Shown here: piece after piece, positions 62,293 through 64,000 of the stretch
How positions within the stretch are numbered: the first letter of the stretch is position 1
How the letters are laid out: every line of letters begins with the position of its first letter
DNA from: Selaginella moellendorffii
Taxonomy: Eukaryota; Plantae; Lycopodiophyta
Assembly: GCF_000143415.4 (NCBI RefSeq)
Contig: NW_003314404.1
Location: 62,001 to 126,000 of the forward strand
Direction: 5' to 3'
DNA: 64,000 bases
Made by a program: the position numbers and the translations under genes
The notes under the pieces: generated by a model
Seen by the model: the letters and a program-made list of their open reading frames with translations, nothing else
What the model was told of the DNA's origin: nothing
The model's database searches: none

Positions 62293-64000
62293 CCAACAAA
62301 CACTCACTCTTGCCAACTATCACAAAAGCCCATCTGAATAGATCCCAGCCAACAGTACCAAGGAACTCAAGTTGCCTAAGCAAGTGTCAGCAACATCCTA
62401 CTAATGTCTCAAACCCAAGAGACCAATCCAAAGTAAACCACAAAGAACATGCGGTATTGCGAAAAGCCAAAAGCTATCAAAGAGAACAACTAACCATCAT
62501 GAAAGATCATCAATTATCCCATCAAAAAGAAATGCATAATCATTGTTGAAGAAAGAATCTACCATCCCGAAGAACAGCAAATCATTCTATACCAACAATA
62601 ATCAAGCAAAACCCTTGACAAGAATAATCAACTATCTTAGATGATAATTAATCATCACCAATGATTGTCAGATGCAAATACTAACTTCATCGAAGCTAAC
62701 AAGCCAAAATGCCCTCCCCAACAACTTCTAACAAATGGAACAGCGAGCATAAAGCTCAAAGAACCAAAAGCTCAAAGAAGTCTATAGCCAAGTCATATTT
62801 AGTAATGATCACGAGTCTTGCATGAACTAACTTCAATGCTAAGAAGAAATTATGGTACAATCCATAATATCCTCTTCAACACATCCATAAGCTAAACTTC
62901 AGAATGCAAAGCTAATGAAGAGCATGTCTGCATCAATCCAAAAGCTAAGCATAACGAAGCTATACTCAACAAACGATCCTCCATGAATCCATCTATAGAA
63001 AGACGTAAGTCACTTCATAACAAGCACAAAAAGAATCATCAATGATCAATATATTCCAATTCAAATCCAATAAGGATTCAAACATTCAAACATCGATCAC
63101 TAACTCTTCCACTTATAGAGTTAGCATAGTCCATGACTAAATCATTTTTCAAAGAAAAGCTCAAAGCTCAACCTCTACTAAACAACTTTGTCTAGAACAC
63201 AACTAACTCAAACTTGTCACTTAGATCATTTGAACGTCAACATAGTTGCTAACTAGCAAATGCACGAATGCTAATAACACAAAGCTATAGCCAAATCATC
63301 AACACTATCTTCATCAAGAGCAATGAAACTCAATATCAATCCTAAGGATAGATATATCATCTCACCTGAATCTCAACATCAATAATATCAATGACAATGC
63401 ATCACCTCAATGCTATCAACATCAAAACAAAGCTAAAAGAAAGCAAGAGTGAATCACCACTCAAAACTCTCTCTTGCAACCAAGCTAACCAAAGTCGAAG
63501 ATACTTTAGTCAGTATCCGAGACTAGTTCTTCAACATTACTCAGGTACAGATAACACTTCCTCAAGGAGTGCATCACCACGTCCAAGTCTCAATGAAATC
63601 CAACACTATGAACTAAACGCAACCAAATGATACTAACAGAGGTAGAGTCGACATGCCAACATGGAAAACCCATGTAAGTCAAATGACACGATCCTCTGCA
63701 ATACCATCCGGTAAAGTAAACCCATCACTGCTAAATCTTCATCAAGCGAAGCAAGTGTCCAAAGCCCTTGACAAAGTCTACAAGCAATCACTAGTTGCAA
63801 AGCAACCAACAATCACTTGTCTTGCCTTTCACAAGACCCAAACACTAACTCATGCCATTGAGTTACACACTTGTCCAACATGAACGTAATACCCCAAATA
63901 TGAGATAAAGGTTCATGGACAAGCACAAACTAAATGACCACTCGAATCCAACTTAACCGCAATAAGCTCACCAATGCATTTAGCCACTAGCTCTGAGCAT
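62293..64000 (-). mobile_element. Internal region of another family B copy (runs off the window)
   Basis: Colinear with 57318-59038, starting CCAACAAACACTCA and ending GCTCTGAGCAT. Confidence 0.9.

Overview
Eukaryotic plant DNA, most consistent with the lycophyte Selaginella (inference from 50-100 nt introns, 100-300 bp intergenic spacers and an intronless PLS-class PPR ORF). 1-36 kb is gene-dense. It holds a BEL1-like homeobox gene, PYG7, a LysM-RLK-related pseudokinase, a PGM-like histidine phosphatase and a TPM-domain thylakoid lumen protein. It also holds an intronless Crinkler-type REase-like gene tangled with a duplicated ZIFL MFS transporter locus, an atypical CLE peptide gene, and a PPR ORF that appears to sit inside an intron of another gene. 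36-64 kb is a nest of Ty3/gypsy-derived LTR elements. An old gypsy pol is split by a non-coding LARD-like element (38055-53352), which itself carries a younger copy of the same family (41798-49511, TSD CCTAG). A second, decayed LTR family follows on the minus strand. Top leads: (1) a PPR array that behaves like a 2.6-kb intron whose 3' splice site comes from its own E-motif codons; (2) a conserved ~500-nt chain of hairpins with two tRNA T-arm/B-box motifs inside the non-autonomous retroelement; (3) the Crinkler-like REase gene; (4) a hybrid H-type/R-type CLE peptide. Three N-gaps (6044-6143, 48954-49053, 52065-52580) limit certainty. All homology calls are from motif recognition, not searches.
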